Assembly: GCA_965116925.1 (NCBI GenBank)
Contig: OZ220744.1
Span: 1,728,001 to 1,792,000 of the forward strand
Source: Candidatus Poribacteria bacterium
GTDB taxonomy: Bacteria; Poribacteria; WGA-4E; PCPOR2b
Length of the DNA stretch: 64,000 nucleotides
Direction: 5' to 3'
The translations under genes and the position numbers were made by a program. Numbering within the stretch: position 1 is the stretch's first letter; every line of letters begins with the position of its first letter. Shown here piece after piece: positions 39,425 to 49,401 of the stretch. Under the pieces are notes generated by a model. It had not been told where the DNA came from. It saw only the letters and a list, made by a program, of their open reading frames with translations, and made no database searches.

Positions 39425-40594
39425 ATGCAGATTGCAAATAGACTTAAAAGGATTCCACCCTACCTGTTCATCGAACTACGGAATAAAATTAATCAAGCAA
39501 TTGCCGACGGCATTGATGTTATCAGCTTGGGAATCGGTGACCCCGTTGAACCAACGCCGCAGCCCGTTATCGACGAACTCTGCCGCACTGCAGCGGACCC
39601 GGCAAACCATCGTTACCCGACAGATGAAGAGAAGGGCATGTTCGCGTTTCGGAAGGAGGTTGCCGATTGGTATGCTGAACGGTACAACGTTGAATTGGAT
39701 CCAGAGGAGGAAGTCCTCGGATTAATCGGATCCAAGGAGGGTTGCCACCATTTTATTCTCGCGGTTGTGAATCCCGGAGAGACAGTTTTAATGACAGATC
39801 CCGGCTATCCTGCGTACCGGGCGAGTATCTTCATGGCTGAAGGGGAGCCTTACAATGTCCCAATCACAGGAGAGAACGGCTTTCTACCCAAGCTTGCCGA
39901 TATTCCGTCGGATGTCGCCAATCAAGCGACGGCGATGTTCTTGAACTACCCCAATAACCCAACCGGGGCGACTGCGACACCTGAGTTTTTTGCGGAAGTA
40001 GTTGAGTTTGCCAAAAATTACGACATTGCTGTGTGCCACGATAACCCGTATAGCGAGATTGTCTTTGAAGGCGAAGAGCCGTTGAGTTTTCTTTCGACGC
40101 CGGGAGCGAAGGACGTTGGCGTTGAGCTCAATTCGTTGTCCAAGCCGTTCAATATGACAGGATGGCGAATTGGGATGGCGATGGGGAATGCAGAACTTAT
40201 CGAGGGGATGGCAAAGGTCAAGGGAAATACCGATTCGGGAATTTTCAACGCGATTCAATACGCTGGAATTGCCGCTCTGACGGAATGCCGCAATAACATT
40301 GACAAAATGCTGCCCATCTACACGGGCCGTCGTGAGAGGGTGCTTAACACCTTCAAGGAACTCGGTTGGGCTGATTATGATACACCCAAGGGGACATTCT
40401 ACCTCTGGCTGCCAACCCCTGATGGGCTGAACTCGGTAGATTTCGCAACGTTGATGTTTGAAAAAGCAGCGGTTGTGATTGCGCCGGGGGCATCGTACGG
40501 TGAGTATGGCGAAGGGTATTTCCGACTGGTCTTGACCGTACCGGATGACAGGTTGGACGAGGCACTAGATCGGATTAAAAAAGCATTGAGTTGA
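39425..40594 (+). CDS. dapL: LL-diaminopimelate aminotransferase (class I/II PLP)
   Basis: IPPYLF, LIGSKEG, NYPNNPTG, SLSKPFNMTGWRIG, KGNTDSG. Confidence 0.85.
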   Translation: MQIANRLKRIPPYLFIELRNKINQAIADGIDVISLGIGDPVEPTPQPVIDELCRTAADPANHRYPTDEEKGMFAFRKEVADWYAERYNVELDPEEEVLGLIGSKEGCHHFILAVVNPGETVLMTDPGYPAYRASIFMAEGEPYNVPITGENGFLPKLADIPSDVANQATAMFLNYPNNPTGATATPEFFAEVVEFAKNYDIAVCHDNPYSEIVFEGEEPLSFLSTPGAKDVGVELNSLSKPFNMTGWRIGMAMGNAELIEGMAKVKGNTDSGIFNAIQYAGIAALTECRNNIDKMLPIYTGRRERVLNTFKELGWADYDTPKGTFYLWLPTPDGLNSVDFATLMFEKAAVVIAPGASYGEYGEGYFRLVLTVPDDRLDEALDRIKKALS

Positions 40595-40659
40595 TAAAAC
40601 TGTAACAGGAGGTCGTGCTTCTACCATTTTGAAGGGGGTTCGGAAGGAAGGGGTGTGCC

Positions 40660-41310
40660 CTATTGTCTTAACTCTTGGGCAGTGCCGGTTTTCAGGACTT
40701 TATAGCTGCACACCGAATCCCCGGAGGGCATGTGACATTCTCGTTCAACTGGCACATCGAGTAGCCGCTTCAACAGGGACAATTCGAGTTGACAGAGTTG
40801 GGGATATTTCTGTGCAATAGATTCAAGGGCGCAGTTGTGTTCTTTAAGGATATAGGCGCTTGGGGTTTCCGTAATTTCGACCTGATAGCCCTCTTCATCC
40901 AAAAACGCGGCAAGTATTTTAATCTTTTCGGCTAAACTCTTACCCTCGATATCGTCGAGACACATCGTGACCTTTGCTTCCATCTGATATTCAAGGAGTT
41001 GGTTGACCTTTTCTGCGCCGTCAATTACCACCAAGGCATCCAAAGTGCCCAGTGCGAATCGTGGGTAGTCGTTCGGAAACAGACTCTCCTTTGCCTCCGA
41101 GGTGAGTTTATATATGTAGACAGGTCTGCCCCGGCTAATTTTTTCGCGATAGTGTTGGATGTAGCCTTCCCGCTCTAGGATAGACAGATGTTGACGCACT
41201 GTCATCGAATGAAGGTCTAACTGCTTCGCAAGTTCACCGGCTGTCATACCGTTATTTTTTTTCAAAAGTTCGACGATTGCGCCGCGTGTGTCTTTCGGTA
41301 CTGATTTCAT
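40660..41310 (-). CDS. SufR-like HTH regulator with C-terminal Cys cluster
   Basis: TVRQHLSILEREG..RGRP; EHNC-x12-C..EC..GDSVCSY. Confidence 0.85.
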   Translation of the reverse strand: MKSVPKDTRGAIVELLKKNNGMTAGELAKQLDLHSMTVRQHLSILEREGYIQHYREKISRGRPVYIYKLTSEAKESLFPNDYPRFALGTLDALVVIDGAEKVNQLLEYQMEAKVTMCLDDIEGKSLAEKIKILAAFLDEEGYQVEITETPSAYILKEHNCALESIAQKYPQLCQLELSLLKRLLDVPVERECHMPSGDSVCSYKVLKTGTAQELRQ

Positions 41311-41490
41311 GGTTTTACCTTCCCGGCTTTGGCAGCGAACACGCCTTAACTCCTGCGTATTACTATGTCTCCAAAATTCCCTGATTAGGCAAAAATATTG
41401 GCTAACAAGCCTTCCCAGTACAATTCTGGTAAGATTATATCAGAAAAATAGCACATTTACAAGTCAAAATAGGTTTTTTAAGTTATTTAC

Positions 41491-41520
41491 TTGACAAAAC
41501 ATAAAATATCGTGTTACTAT
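41491..41520 (+). promoter_or_regulatory. Sigma70 promoter of the sigma factor / nfuA genes
   Basis: TTGACA-18bp-TACTAT with TG; a divergent TG-TATAAT lies on the minus strand near 41434. Confidence 0.65.
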
Positions 41521-41589
41521 TCCACCAATTCGATGCTAAACCCTGTTACGATACGTTAGTTTAACAGCCTTCTTAGGAGAGCGAGGTAA

Positions 41590-42576
41590 ATGACAACAAG
41601 GGCAAATGAAATGGTCGGTGGAACGTTCAACCGTAACCTTGTTGAAGCACCGATCGAAGATACAGAGAGCTATGAAGGTAACAGCGAGTGGGCAACGCTG
41701 TCAGAAGATGAGACACGAACGCTTCAAATTGATGCGTTAAGCACTTGGCTGCAGAAGGTTTCAACGCACAAACTTCTGTCTAGGGAACAAGAGGTAGAGC
41801 TTGCCAAGCGGATCGAGCAAAACGATGAAAGTGCCCGCGATGAGTTGGTCCAGGCGAACTTACGCTTAGTGGTATCAGTCGCGATAAAATATCAAGGACA
41901 TAATGTTCCCCTCGAAGATCTTATTCAAGAGGGAAATATCGGGTTGATGCGTGCAGTGAGTAAATTCGACCATCGGAAGGGATTTAAGTTTAGCACCTAC
42001 GCCATTTGGTGGATTCGGCAGGCAATCATGAGAACCCTCGATAACTGTTCGCGTTCAATCCGGCTACCGTCTTATGTCGTCGCGAAGGCGAGCAAGTTTG
42101 ATTCGGCTTATGCGGATCTCAGCCAAACGCTTCACCGTGAACCCACAATCGAGGAATTATCCGAGGTGCTTGAGTTGACGGATAAACAGATCGAAGATTT
42201 GTTGGTTCTCAATTCGGGGACGGTCTCGTTGGAGTTACCCCTCAATGATGAAAAGCACGCAACAACCTTGAGCGATTTGATTGAGGATCCGAAAGCGAAC
42301 CCAGAAACTGGTCCGATTGCGAATCTGGTCGACGGCGATTTAGTGGACACACTCCTCAGCAAATTAAAAGTGAGAGAGCGGGAAGTGATTAAGATGCGCT
42401 ATGGGCTTGAAGATGGGGAAGAAAAGACTTTGCGTGAAATTGGAGAGAAGATGGATGTCACTAGGGAACGGATCCGACAACTGGAAATTGAGGCGATCGC
42501 TCGTATAAAACGTCTGTACGACGAGGCGGGGGAACTTCGGCTTCCGAAAGAGGCATCAAGCTGTCCGGCTGCGTAG
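41590..42576 (+). CDS. RpoD/RpoS-like alternative sigma70 factor
   Basis: [54 protein letters not shown]; no region 1.1. Confidence 0.95.
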   Translation: MTTRANEMVGGTFNRNLVEAPIEDTESYEGNSEWATLSEDETRTLQIDALSTWLQKVSTHKLLSREQEVELAKRIEQNDESARDELVQANLRLVVSVAIKYQGHNVPLEDLIQEGNIGLMRAVSKFDHRKGFKFSTYAIWWIRQAIMRTLDNCSRSIRLPSYVVAKASKFDSAYADLSQTLHREPTIEELSEVLELTDKQIEDLLVLNSGTVSLELPLNDEKHATTLSDLIEDPKANPETGPIANLVDGDLVDTLLSKLKVREREVIKMRYGLEDGEEKTLREIGEKMDVTRERIRQLEIEAIARIKRLYDEAGELRLPKEASSCPAA

Positions 42577-42601
42577 TATCTACCAACACTAAGGAGAAGA
42601 A

Positions 42602-43234
42602 ATGAAGAGTATATTGAATAAATTAAAACAGAAACAACCTCAAACTGTAGAGGGGTCCACACTACTTACTGTCACTGAAGCTGCCAAAGAGAAGATTCAA
42701 TCGGTGATTGAAGACCAAGGGATGGAAGTTGAAGGATTGCGCGTTAGTATCAATGGTCGTTCCGCATCAGCGTTTGAGTATGGTCTGGGTCTCGAAGTTG
42801 AACCCAATCCAGATGATGTCGTGGTTGACTGCGGAGATTTTAAGGTTTTGGTTGATCCGGAAAGCGCAAAAAACCTAAAGGGAGCAACCATCGATTATGT
42901 GGAAGACCTGAATTCGAGCGGTTTCAAGGTTGATAACCCGAACACGCCAACATGGGATAATCCCAAAGCCCAAGCGATTCAGCAACTCATCGATGAACGG
43001 ATTAATCCCGCGGTCGCATCGCACGGTGGGCACATCGATTTGCTGGATGTTACAGATGATTCAATCTACATCCACATGGGGGGCGGCTGCCAAGGGTGTG
43101 GGATGGCAAATGTCACCTTGAAGCACGGCATTGAGGGGATGATTCAAGAGCATTTCCCAGAAATCAAGCATATTATTGACAGCACCGACCACGAATCCGG
43201 TACGAATCCCTACTATGAACCAAGTAAGGGGTAA
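42602..43234 (+). CDS. nfuA: Fe-S carrier NfuA (degenerate A-type domain plus NifU domain)
   Basis: LTVTEAA..GATIDYV..GFKVDNPN; INPAVASHGG, GGGCQGC. Confidence 0.9.
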   Translation: MKSILNKLKQKQPQTVEGSTLLTVTEAAKEKIQSVIEDQGMEVEGLRVSINGRSASAFEYGLGLEVEPNPDDVVVDCGDFKVLVDPESAKNLKGATIDYVEDLNSSGFKVDNPNTPTWDNPKAQAIQQLIDERINPAVASHGGHIDLLDVTDDSIYIHMGGGCQGCGMANVTLKHGIEGMIQEHFPEIKHIIDSTDHESGTNPYYEPSKG

Positions 43235-43294
43235 GCGACCAGCCCGAACACAGTCATGGCACAGATCCGCTTTCACTTCTTTAAGGAGTTGGTC

Positions 43295-43972
43295 ATGTCC
43301 AAGCGTCGTCTCATCTGTTACACCATAGCGTTAGCTGCGTTTTTTAGTGCCTATGTGGGATATAAGCTTTACGAAAGCCGCACTCAATCAACAAGGACAG
43401 CGACAACAAACCAGTTGGATGCTAGCGTAGGGCTTGGCTCGATGGACCGTGCATTTTTACAGCGACAGGAATCTGTCAGCCAACTGACAAGGGGGATTGC
43501 AAAACGATTTCCCTCGTTGAAACTTCCTGTATGGACATATACACCCGAGAAATTAGATAGCAGCACTGTTGATTCAGTGAAAGCTATTGCTTTAGTGAGC
43601 GGGGTCGTCGAGTTTCACTCAACTAGGCTACCTGACGCAAAAGCATACCGACTGCCGCTACCAGCAGAAAAGACACTTCTCGCGGGGGACATAATCAGCG
43701 CTCAAGAGGTAATTTATTTAATCTTCACAACACCCGAAAACACGCCCGAATTTCCCCCTCCAAGTTTCCACGAGCTTCAAAGTCCGTCTGATGCTTCAAT
43801 TCCTTATCCACTGATTGCGAAAGCCTTTGATTCACCAAATGACGCTGCTCTAACCCAACTCAGAGATTGGATAGAATCGGTAGGCGGAGCAGCTCGCGCA
43901 CAATCGTTACTTGAGGCAGCGGGACTATCGGATTCTATACGGATTGAAACAGCGACTATTTTCCGTCAATAA
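43295..43972 (+). CDS. Hypothetical N-terminally anchored protein
   Basis: AAGGAG RBS, single N-terminal TM. Confidence 0.7.
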   Translation: MSKRRLICYTIALAAFFSAYVGYKLYESRTQSTRTATTNQLDASVGLGSMDRAFLQRQESVSQLTRGIAKRFPSLKLPVWTYTPEKLDSSTVDSVKAIALVSGVVEFHSTRLPDAKAYRLPLPAEKTLLAGDIISAQEVIYLIFTTPENTPEFPPPSFHELQSPSDASIPYPLIAKAFDSPNDAALTQLRDWIESVGGAARAQSLLEAAGLSDSIRIETATIFRQ

Positions 43973-44037
43973 AGGCAAGCGGAAATGAAACACCCGAAGC
44001 CGATTCTTATGACAGGGCATCGGAAGGATAATTCTCG

Positions 44038-44071
44038 GTAGGGGCAGATTAACGTATCTGCCCCTTTTTTT
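44038..44071 (+). repeat. GTAG REP hairpin with T-tract (possible terminator)
   Basis: GTAGGGGCAGAT-TAACGT-ATCTGCCCCT followed by a T run. Confidence 0.6.
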
Positions 44072-44084
44072 AAAGGTCAAATTG

Positions 44085-45545
44085 ATGATGAAACGTCCGG
44101 GCGCAATATTACTCATTTCGTGTTATGAACTGGGACACCAACCTATTGGTCTTGCCTCCCCGCTTGGGTTTCTTGAACGTGCTGGATATGTGCCAGACGT
44201 GATGGACATCGCTGTTGAAACCTTAGATGTGGAAAAAGCTGCCCGTGCGGAGTTTGTTGGGATTTGTGTGCCGATGCACACCGCCCTCCGTCTGGGCGTC
44301 CATGTTGCAACCCGTCTTCGCAGAATCAATCCAACCTGCCATATCTGTTTCTATGGACTCTACGCTTCATTGAACGCTGAATACCTGCTCAAACATCACG
44401 CCGATTCGGTCATCGGTGGTGAATATGAGACACCACTAGTCAAGTTGATTGATTCTTTTGCAGCTGGGACACCTGTAGAGATAGCCGGTGTCCTCCGACG
44501 TGACGGTGTCGAATCGCTTCAAGATACCCCTCAATCCAAACCCCTTCTGAAACCTTCACACAATGCCGTGCCAAGTCGAAAGCGATTGCCGTCGCTTGAT
44601 AGGTATGCACGCCTTGAACAGGATGATGTTGCACACCTTGCCGGTTATGTGGAGACAAGTCGTGGCTGCAAACACCTCTGTTTCCACTGTCCTATCCCGC
44701 CAGTTTATGAAGGGAGATTTTCCGTTGTGCCGAAGGAGATTGTACTGGCGGATATTCGAGCGCAGGTTGATGCGGGTGCGGCTCACATCACATTCGGCGA
44801 TCCCGATTTCCTTAACGGTCCCAAACACGCACTCCGGATTGTTCAAGCTATGCACGAAGCGTTCCCAAACCTGACCTTTGATTGCACAACTAAAATCGAG
44901 CACCTCCTGAAGCACCGTTCCATCCTATCTGAACTCCGCAACTGCGGTTGTATATTCATCGTTTCCGCTGTCGAATCGCTTAATGACACGGTGCTTGACA
45001 ATCTCCAGAAAGGGCACACACGCGCCGATGTTTTTGCCGTCATCGATCTTTTGAAGGAGGTTGGAATTGCTTTGCGACCCTCGCTTGTCCCGTTCACACC
45101 GTGGGAGACACTCGATAGCTATCTGTATATCCTCGACTGTGTTGAAAACAGCGGGCTAATCGATTACATTGATCCAGTGCAGTACACCATTCGGTTGCTT
45201 GTTCCGCCCGGTTCTTCCCTGCTTTCCCAACCCTCTATTCAACCCTACCTTGGGGAGCTCCATCAGGAATCTTTCACTTATCTTTGGACACACCCGGATC
45301 CGCGAATGGATGAACTCCACAAAGCGGTCACTGTTGCCGTAGAGAGTGCATCACAGATTGGTGAGGATACATTCGTAACCTTCCATCGGGTGCGCAACCT
45401 TGTGTATGCTGCAATCGGTAGAGCAAAATCTTCCATTGTGTTCCCAATGGGTTTTGAATCTGACCGAAAGCGACCGCCGCGCCTGACGGAAGATTGGTTC
45501 TGCTGAGCGGAGCCAACGCAGGGTCAGTTAGACCCGCTCACCTAA
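44085..45545 (+). CDS. CUAEP-tail radical SAM selenoprotein (B12-binding-like N-terminus); Sec at UGA 45504-45506
   Basis: ISCYELGHQP, SRGCKHLCFHC; readthrough gives PRLTEDWFC-U-AEPTQGQLDPLT-stop. Confidence 0.92.
45504..45540 (+). promoter_or_regulatory. Bacterial SECIS-like hairpin
   Basis: GGGTC-AGTTA-GACCC upper stem-loop, loop 19 nt after the UGA with G at position 2; TGAGC/GCTCA lower pairing. Confidence 0.75.
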
Positions 45546-45551
45546 TGCGAT

Positions 45552-46841
45552 TTACATCATTAGCTTCTCAATCTCATCAATCGTCTTTGGTACGGCTGCG
45601 GTCAAAACTTCACAGCCAGACTCGGTAACTAAGATATTGTCCTCAATCCGCACACCGATTCCCAGATACTCTGATGGGACGTTTTCGCTGTCAGGATCAA
45701 TGTACAGTCCCGGTTCGACAGTCATCACCATGCCCGGTTGGAAGGTTTTATACTCTTCTCCCTCCCGCGTCTTTGCCACGTCGTGAACTTCTACCCCCAG
45801 CATGTGTCCGACACTGTGCATATAAAATTTCCGATATTCCTGCTCCTCAATTATCTTCTCTTTCTCTCCGACCAATAATCCCAACTCCAACATTGCTTCG
45901 GTCAGCATCTCTACCGCCTTCTGAACAGGATCGCCAATCGAAACACCGGGACGAATGCTTTCGATAATCTCACACTGGACGTCGAGTACCGATTGGTACA
46001 GCGCACGTTGCGCCTCCGTAAACTTTCCATTGGCGGGGAACGTCCGGGTTATATCGCCACAATAGTATTGGTATTCGCATCCTGCATCAATGAGTACCAA
46101 ATCGCCATCTTCGATCTGGCAGTCGTTTGTCGTATAGTGCAAGGTCGTTGCATTTGCACCCTTTGCTACAATCGTGAGAAAGGCAGGACCCGTCCCACCG
46201 TTTTTCCGATAGATTGAGTCAATTAGACTGTCTAGTTCATATTCGTACATGCCGGGACGAACTGCCTGCATCGCTGCTATGTGTGCCTCAACACTGATGT
46301 CTACCGCTTTGCGAATCCGTCCGAGTTCCGTTTCATCTTTGATAAGACGCATCTCCGCAAGAATGTCGGTGGGATCAATTAAGGTGGTAGGTCCGGTTCC
46401 CTCGCGCAAGCGATACCGTCTATACCCCTTGAGGAGTCCGATAATCTTCTGGTTAAAGGCTTCGTCCGCACCAAACCCGTAGTAGAGTTGGTCCGATGTC
46501 CCGATATATTCAGAGATTTTTTCGTCAAATTCCTCAATGGGATAGGCTTCATCTGCGCCGAAGTGTTCCTTTGCGCCCTCGACGCCGGCGCGCTTGCCGG
46601 TCCACACCTCCTGTTCGGGGACACGGGGACGGACAAATAAAATGTACTGATGTTCAGGATGGTCTGGGGCAATGACGCAGACCGCCTCCGGTTCCTCGAA
46701 GCCGGTTAGATAGTAGAAATTGGCGTCTTGGCGGTATCTATATTCTGTCGAGTGGGTGCGCATCGCTTGCAATGCGCTTGGAAAGATTGCAACACCTCCC
46801 CCTATTTTTTTCATCAATGCTTTGCGTCTACTTTCGTGCAT
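45552..46841 (-). CDS. pepP: Xaa-Pro aminopeptidase
   Basis: YRQDANFYYLTG, IDAGCE..DITRTFP, HSVGHMLG, TVEPGLY, GVRIED. Confidence 0.95.
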   Translation of the reverse strand: MHESRRKALMKKIGGGVAIFPSALQAMRTHSTEYRYRQDANFYYLTGFEEPEAVCVIAPDHPEHQYILFVRPRVPEQEVWTGKRAGVEGAKEHFGADEAYPIEEFDEKISEYIGTSDQLYYGFGADEAFNQKIIGLLKGYRRYRLREGTGPTTLIDPTDILAEMRLIKDETELGRIRKAVDISVEAHIAAMQAVRPGMYEYELDSLIDSIYRKNGGTGPAFLTIVAKGANATTLHYTTNDCQIEDGDLVLIDAGCEYQYYCGDITRTFPANGKFTEAQRALYQSVLDVQCEIIESIRPGVSIGDPVQKAVEMLTEAMLELGLLVGEKEKIIEEQEYRKFYMHSVGHMLGVEVHDVAKTREGEEYKTFQPGMVMTVEPGLYIDPDSENVPSEYLGIGVRIEDNILVTESGCEVLTAAVPKTIDEIEKLMM

Positions 46842-46933
46842 ACTTGCTTTCTCCTTCTGTGGACAACCGTGATTGGGTTTGATTCGACATTATAGCATAA
46901 TCCCCTAAGCAGCCGAATGAAAAAGAAAGCGCG

Positions 46934-47054
46934 AAGGGAGAAAATGGGAAGACGGGAAAACGAGAGAACGGGAAAACGAGATCAGATTCTCATCTTGTTT
47001 TCGTCCCTTTCACCGGAACTAATGAACTGATGAATCAATGTACTAATGAACCAA
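46934..47054. repeat. Degenerate tandem 8-mers (ACGGGAAA-type and AATGAACT-type)
   Basis: Two arrays in the divergent pepP/pduO intergenic region. Confidence 0.65.
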
Positions 47055-47060
47055 TTTGCG

Positions 47061-47089
47061 TTGCAGGTTTTCGTCAGATTTGCTATAAT
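47061..47089 (+). promoter_or_regulatory. Sigma70 promoter
   Basis: TTGCAG-17bp-TATAAT with TG extension. Confidence 0.65.
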
Positions 47090-47116
47090 GACGGGAAAAG
47101 GAACGAAGGCTGAAGC

Positions 47117-47680
47117 ATGAAAATCTATACCAAAACTGGAGATACCGGGGAGACAGGACTGTACGGTGGGGCGCGGGTGCCTAAAGACGCACTGCGTGTT
47201 GAAGCGTGTGGCACAGTTGATGAACTCAATGCCTGGATCGGGTTCGTGAGATCTCAAATTCAGGACACTGAAATTGGTGTTATCCTCCATCGCATCCAAA
47301 ACGAACTCTTTGATATTGGGGCGGATCTCGCAACATTAGACACGCACCCGAAAGCGGCGAGTCTGAGAATTCCGCCAACCTTGACCCTCGAACTGGAAAG
47401 CGAGATCGACCGGTTTGAGGATCAGCTCCCACCGCTGAAAAACTTCATTCTGCCCGGCGGCTCAACCGTTGGTGCAGCGGTTCACCTCGCCCGAACTGTC
47501 TGCCGTCGTGCTGAACGGTGTGTTGTCACTCTTGTCAAAACGGAAGAAGCAAATCGAGAGGTGCTGATTTACCTGAACCGGCTCTCCGATCTGCTATTTG
47601 TACTTGCCCGTTTGGTCAATCATCGGTTGGGTGAATCGGAGCCGCTTTGGGAGTCGCAAACAAAACGCACAAAATCCTAG
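47117..47680 (+). CDS. pduO: ATP:cob(I)alamin adenosyltransferase, PduO type
   Basis: KIYTKTGDTGET, GTVDELN, FILPGG, RTVCRRAER, YLNRLSD. Confidence 0.95.
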   Translation: MKIYTKTGDTGETGLYGGARVPKDALRVEACGTVDELNAWIGFVRSQIQDTEIGVILHRIQNELFDIGADLATLDTHPKAASLRIPPTLTLELESEIDRFEDQLPPLKNFILPGGSTVGAAVHLARTVCRRAERCVVTLVKTEEANREVLIYLNRLSDLLFVLARLVNHRLGESEPLWESQTKRTKS

Positions 47681-47970
47681 TACATTGTCAGATAAATGTA
47701 GCGCAAACTGTTAGTTTGCGGACTCGGATCACAATCTAAATGAAGTTTAAGTATTTAAATCGGTAATCCCGATTTTCCTCGAAACATACGGTAGGCGCGG
47801 TTTTCAACCGCGCTGGTGTCCATAACAAATTACCGAATTATTTTTTTAATTTTCATACAGATTGTGGTACAAAAGCTTCCTTTAGATACTTTCCCCACAA
47901 AGCGGCTTGGCTATGGCTATCCAAACCGAGCGGTGAGTGCCTTATCATGATTTATTTGACAGAGCACTAG
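47677..47970. mobile_element. CTAG-bounded MITE with a nested element (47730-47866)
   Basis: CTAGTACATTGTCAGATAAAT / ATTTATTTGACAGAGCACTAG ends; inner ~38-bp imperfect TIR CACAATCT..TCGGTAAT enclosing a REP. Confidence 0.75.
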
Positions 47971-48118
47971 CATTTCGCCTTTTTTGTATGATCCCTGTAT
48001 GTTGGACACTAATGAACCAATGGTCTTCACGTTTCACGTTTCAGTCGTGGTTTGGATATTCTTAACCGAATTAATCTTGACCTCCAAACCGAACTCACAA
48101 TCTAGATAAGGAGCGAAT

Positions 48119-49255
48119 ATGAATAACTCAAAAATAGATCGTATTGAATGCGTACCGCTTATCGGTACAAGGCCGCGGGAAGCGGGGTGTAACTCACGCT
48201 TGCAGGTACACGGGCTGCATGTTAGACCGCCTATTGCACGTATCACCACCGATGACGGTGCGACCGGTTTTGGTTTATCGCGTATGTCTGAGGAGGATGC
48301 CGCAGGGCTCGTTGGGGCGCCCTTGAGCGAGGCATTTGATCTCGAAAACGGTGTCAGTGAACGCTTCCGCGCGCTTGAATATCCGCTCTGGGATCTCGCT
48401 GGAAAACTATCTGGAAAGCCGGTGTATGAGATGCTCGGTGGAGAACCGGATGCGGATGGCGTTTTTCGGGCACGTTGTTATGATACCTCGCTATACATTG
48501 ATGATTTACATCTATCAGATGACAACGAAGCGGCTGCGCTGATTGCCTCTGAAGCGTTAGAGGGCAAAGCGCGGGGGCACAAAGCATACAAGATTAAGGT
48601 CGGACGCGGCGCGATGCACATGCCGCTCGAACAGGGGACGCATCGCGACATTCTGGTGATCCGTGCCGTCAGGAACGCGGTCGGACCCGATGCTACGATT
48701 CTGATCGATGCCAACAACGGCTACAACCTGAACCTGACGAAACAGGTGTTGGGTGAGACCGCTGAAGCAAAGGTGTATTGGATGGAGGAGGCATTCCACG
48801 AAGATGGCAGCTTCTACGCCAATCTGAAGGAGTGGCTCAATACGGAGGGTATAGGAACGAAAATCGCTGACGGAGAGGGCGGTGCTTCACTCAATCTGCT
48901 CCAGTGGGCGGAGGAGGGGCTAGTTGATATTATCCAGTACGACATCTTCCACCCCGGTTTCTCCCGTTGGCTAGAACTCGGACCCCAACTCGACGCATGG
49001 AATGTCGGATCCGCACCACACCATTATGGCGGGCATTACGGCAACTATGTGTCTTGTCACCTCTCTGCGGCGATCCAAGGCTTTGAGTTTACCGAATGGG
49101 ACGAAGCGGATACACCCGGCTTAGACGGCTCTGGGTATTCAATCTCTGATGGGCTGGTCAGTGTTCCCAATTCGCCCGGTTTCGGTCTCAATCTGGACGA
49201 GGAGATCTATGCCCGCGCCGTCAAGGAGAGTGGATTTGATGTTCGAGCGGCGTGA
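48119..49255 (+). CDS. Mandelate racemase / enolase-superfamily protein
   Basis: LWDLAGK, YKIKVG, IDANN, WMEEAF, ADGE, PGFGL. Confidence 0.9.
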   Translation: MNNSKIDRIECVPLIGTRPREAGCNSRLQVHGLHVRPPIARITTDDGATGFGLSRMSEEDAAGLVGAPLSEAFDLENGVSERFRALEYPLWDLAGKLSGKPVYEMLGGEPDADGVFRARCYDTSLYIDDLHLSDDNEAAALIASEALEGKARGHKAYKIKVGRGAMHMPLEQGTHRDILVIRAVRNAVGPDATILIDANNGYNLNLTKQVLGETAEAKVYWMEEAFHEDGSFYANLKEWLNTEGIGTKIADGEGGASLNLLQWAEEGLVDIIQYDIFHPGFSRWLELGPQLDAWNVGSAPHHYGGHYGNYVSCHLSAAIQGFEFTEWDEADTPGLDGSGYSISDGLVSVPNSPGFGLNLDEEIYARAVKESGFDVRAA

Positions 49256-49286
49256 TCCATAAGGCGAAAAAAGTGGTTGGGCTTCC

Positions 49287-49316
49287 AGTAGGGAATGCAG
49301 ATCTGCATTCCCTACT
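49287..49316. repeat. GTAG REP-like perfect palindrome (variant)
   Basis: AGTAGGGAATGCAGATCTGCATTCCCTACT. Confidence 0.9.
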
Positions 49317-49401
49317 AGCCTGACAGTGGGTAGATGGAAGATGCAAAGATGCGAGCATACTACTTAACCTCCAAAAAAATTATCGTTGTGTAAGACAAAA
49401 T

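Noticed and set aside
45504..45540. Hairpin as only a terminator between convergent genes
   Set aside because: No U-tract, and it encodes the family-defining AEP tail; a dual role remains possible
47090..47116. Cobalamin riboswitch upstream of pduO
   Set aside because: Predicted leader is only about 20 nt and lacks a B12 box
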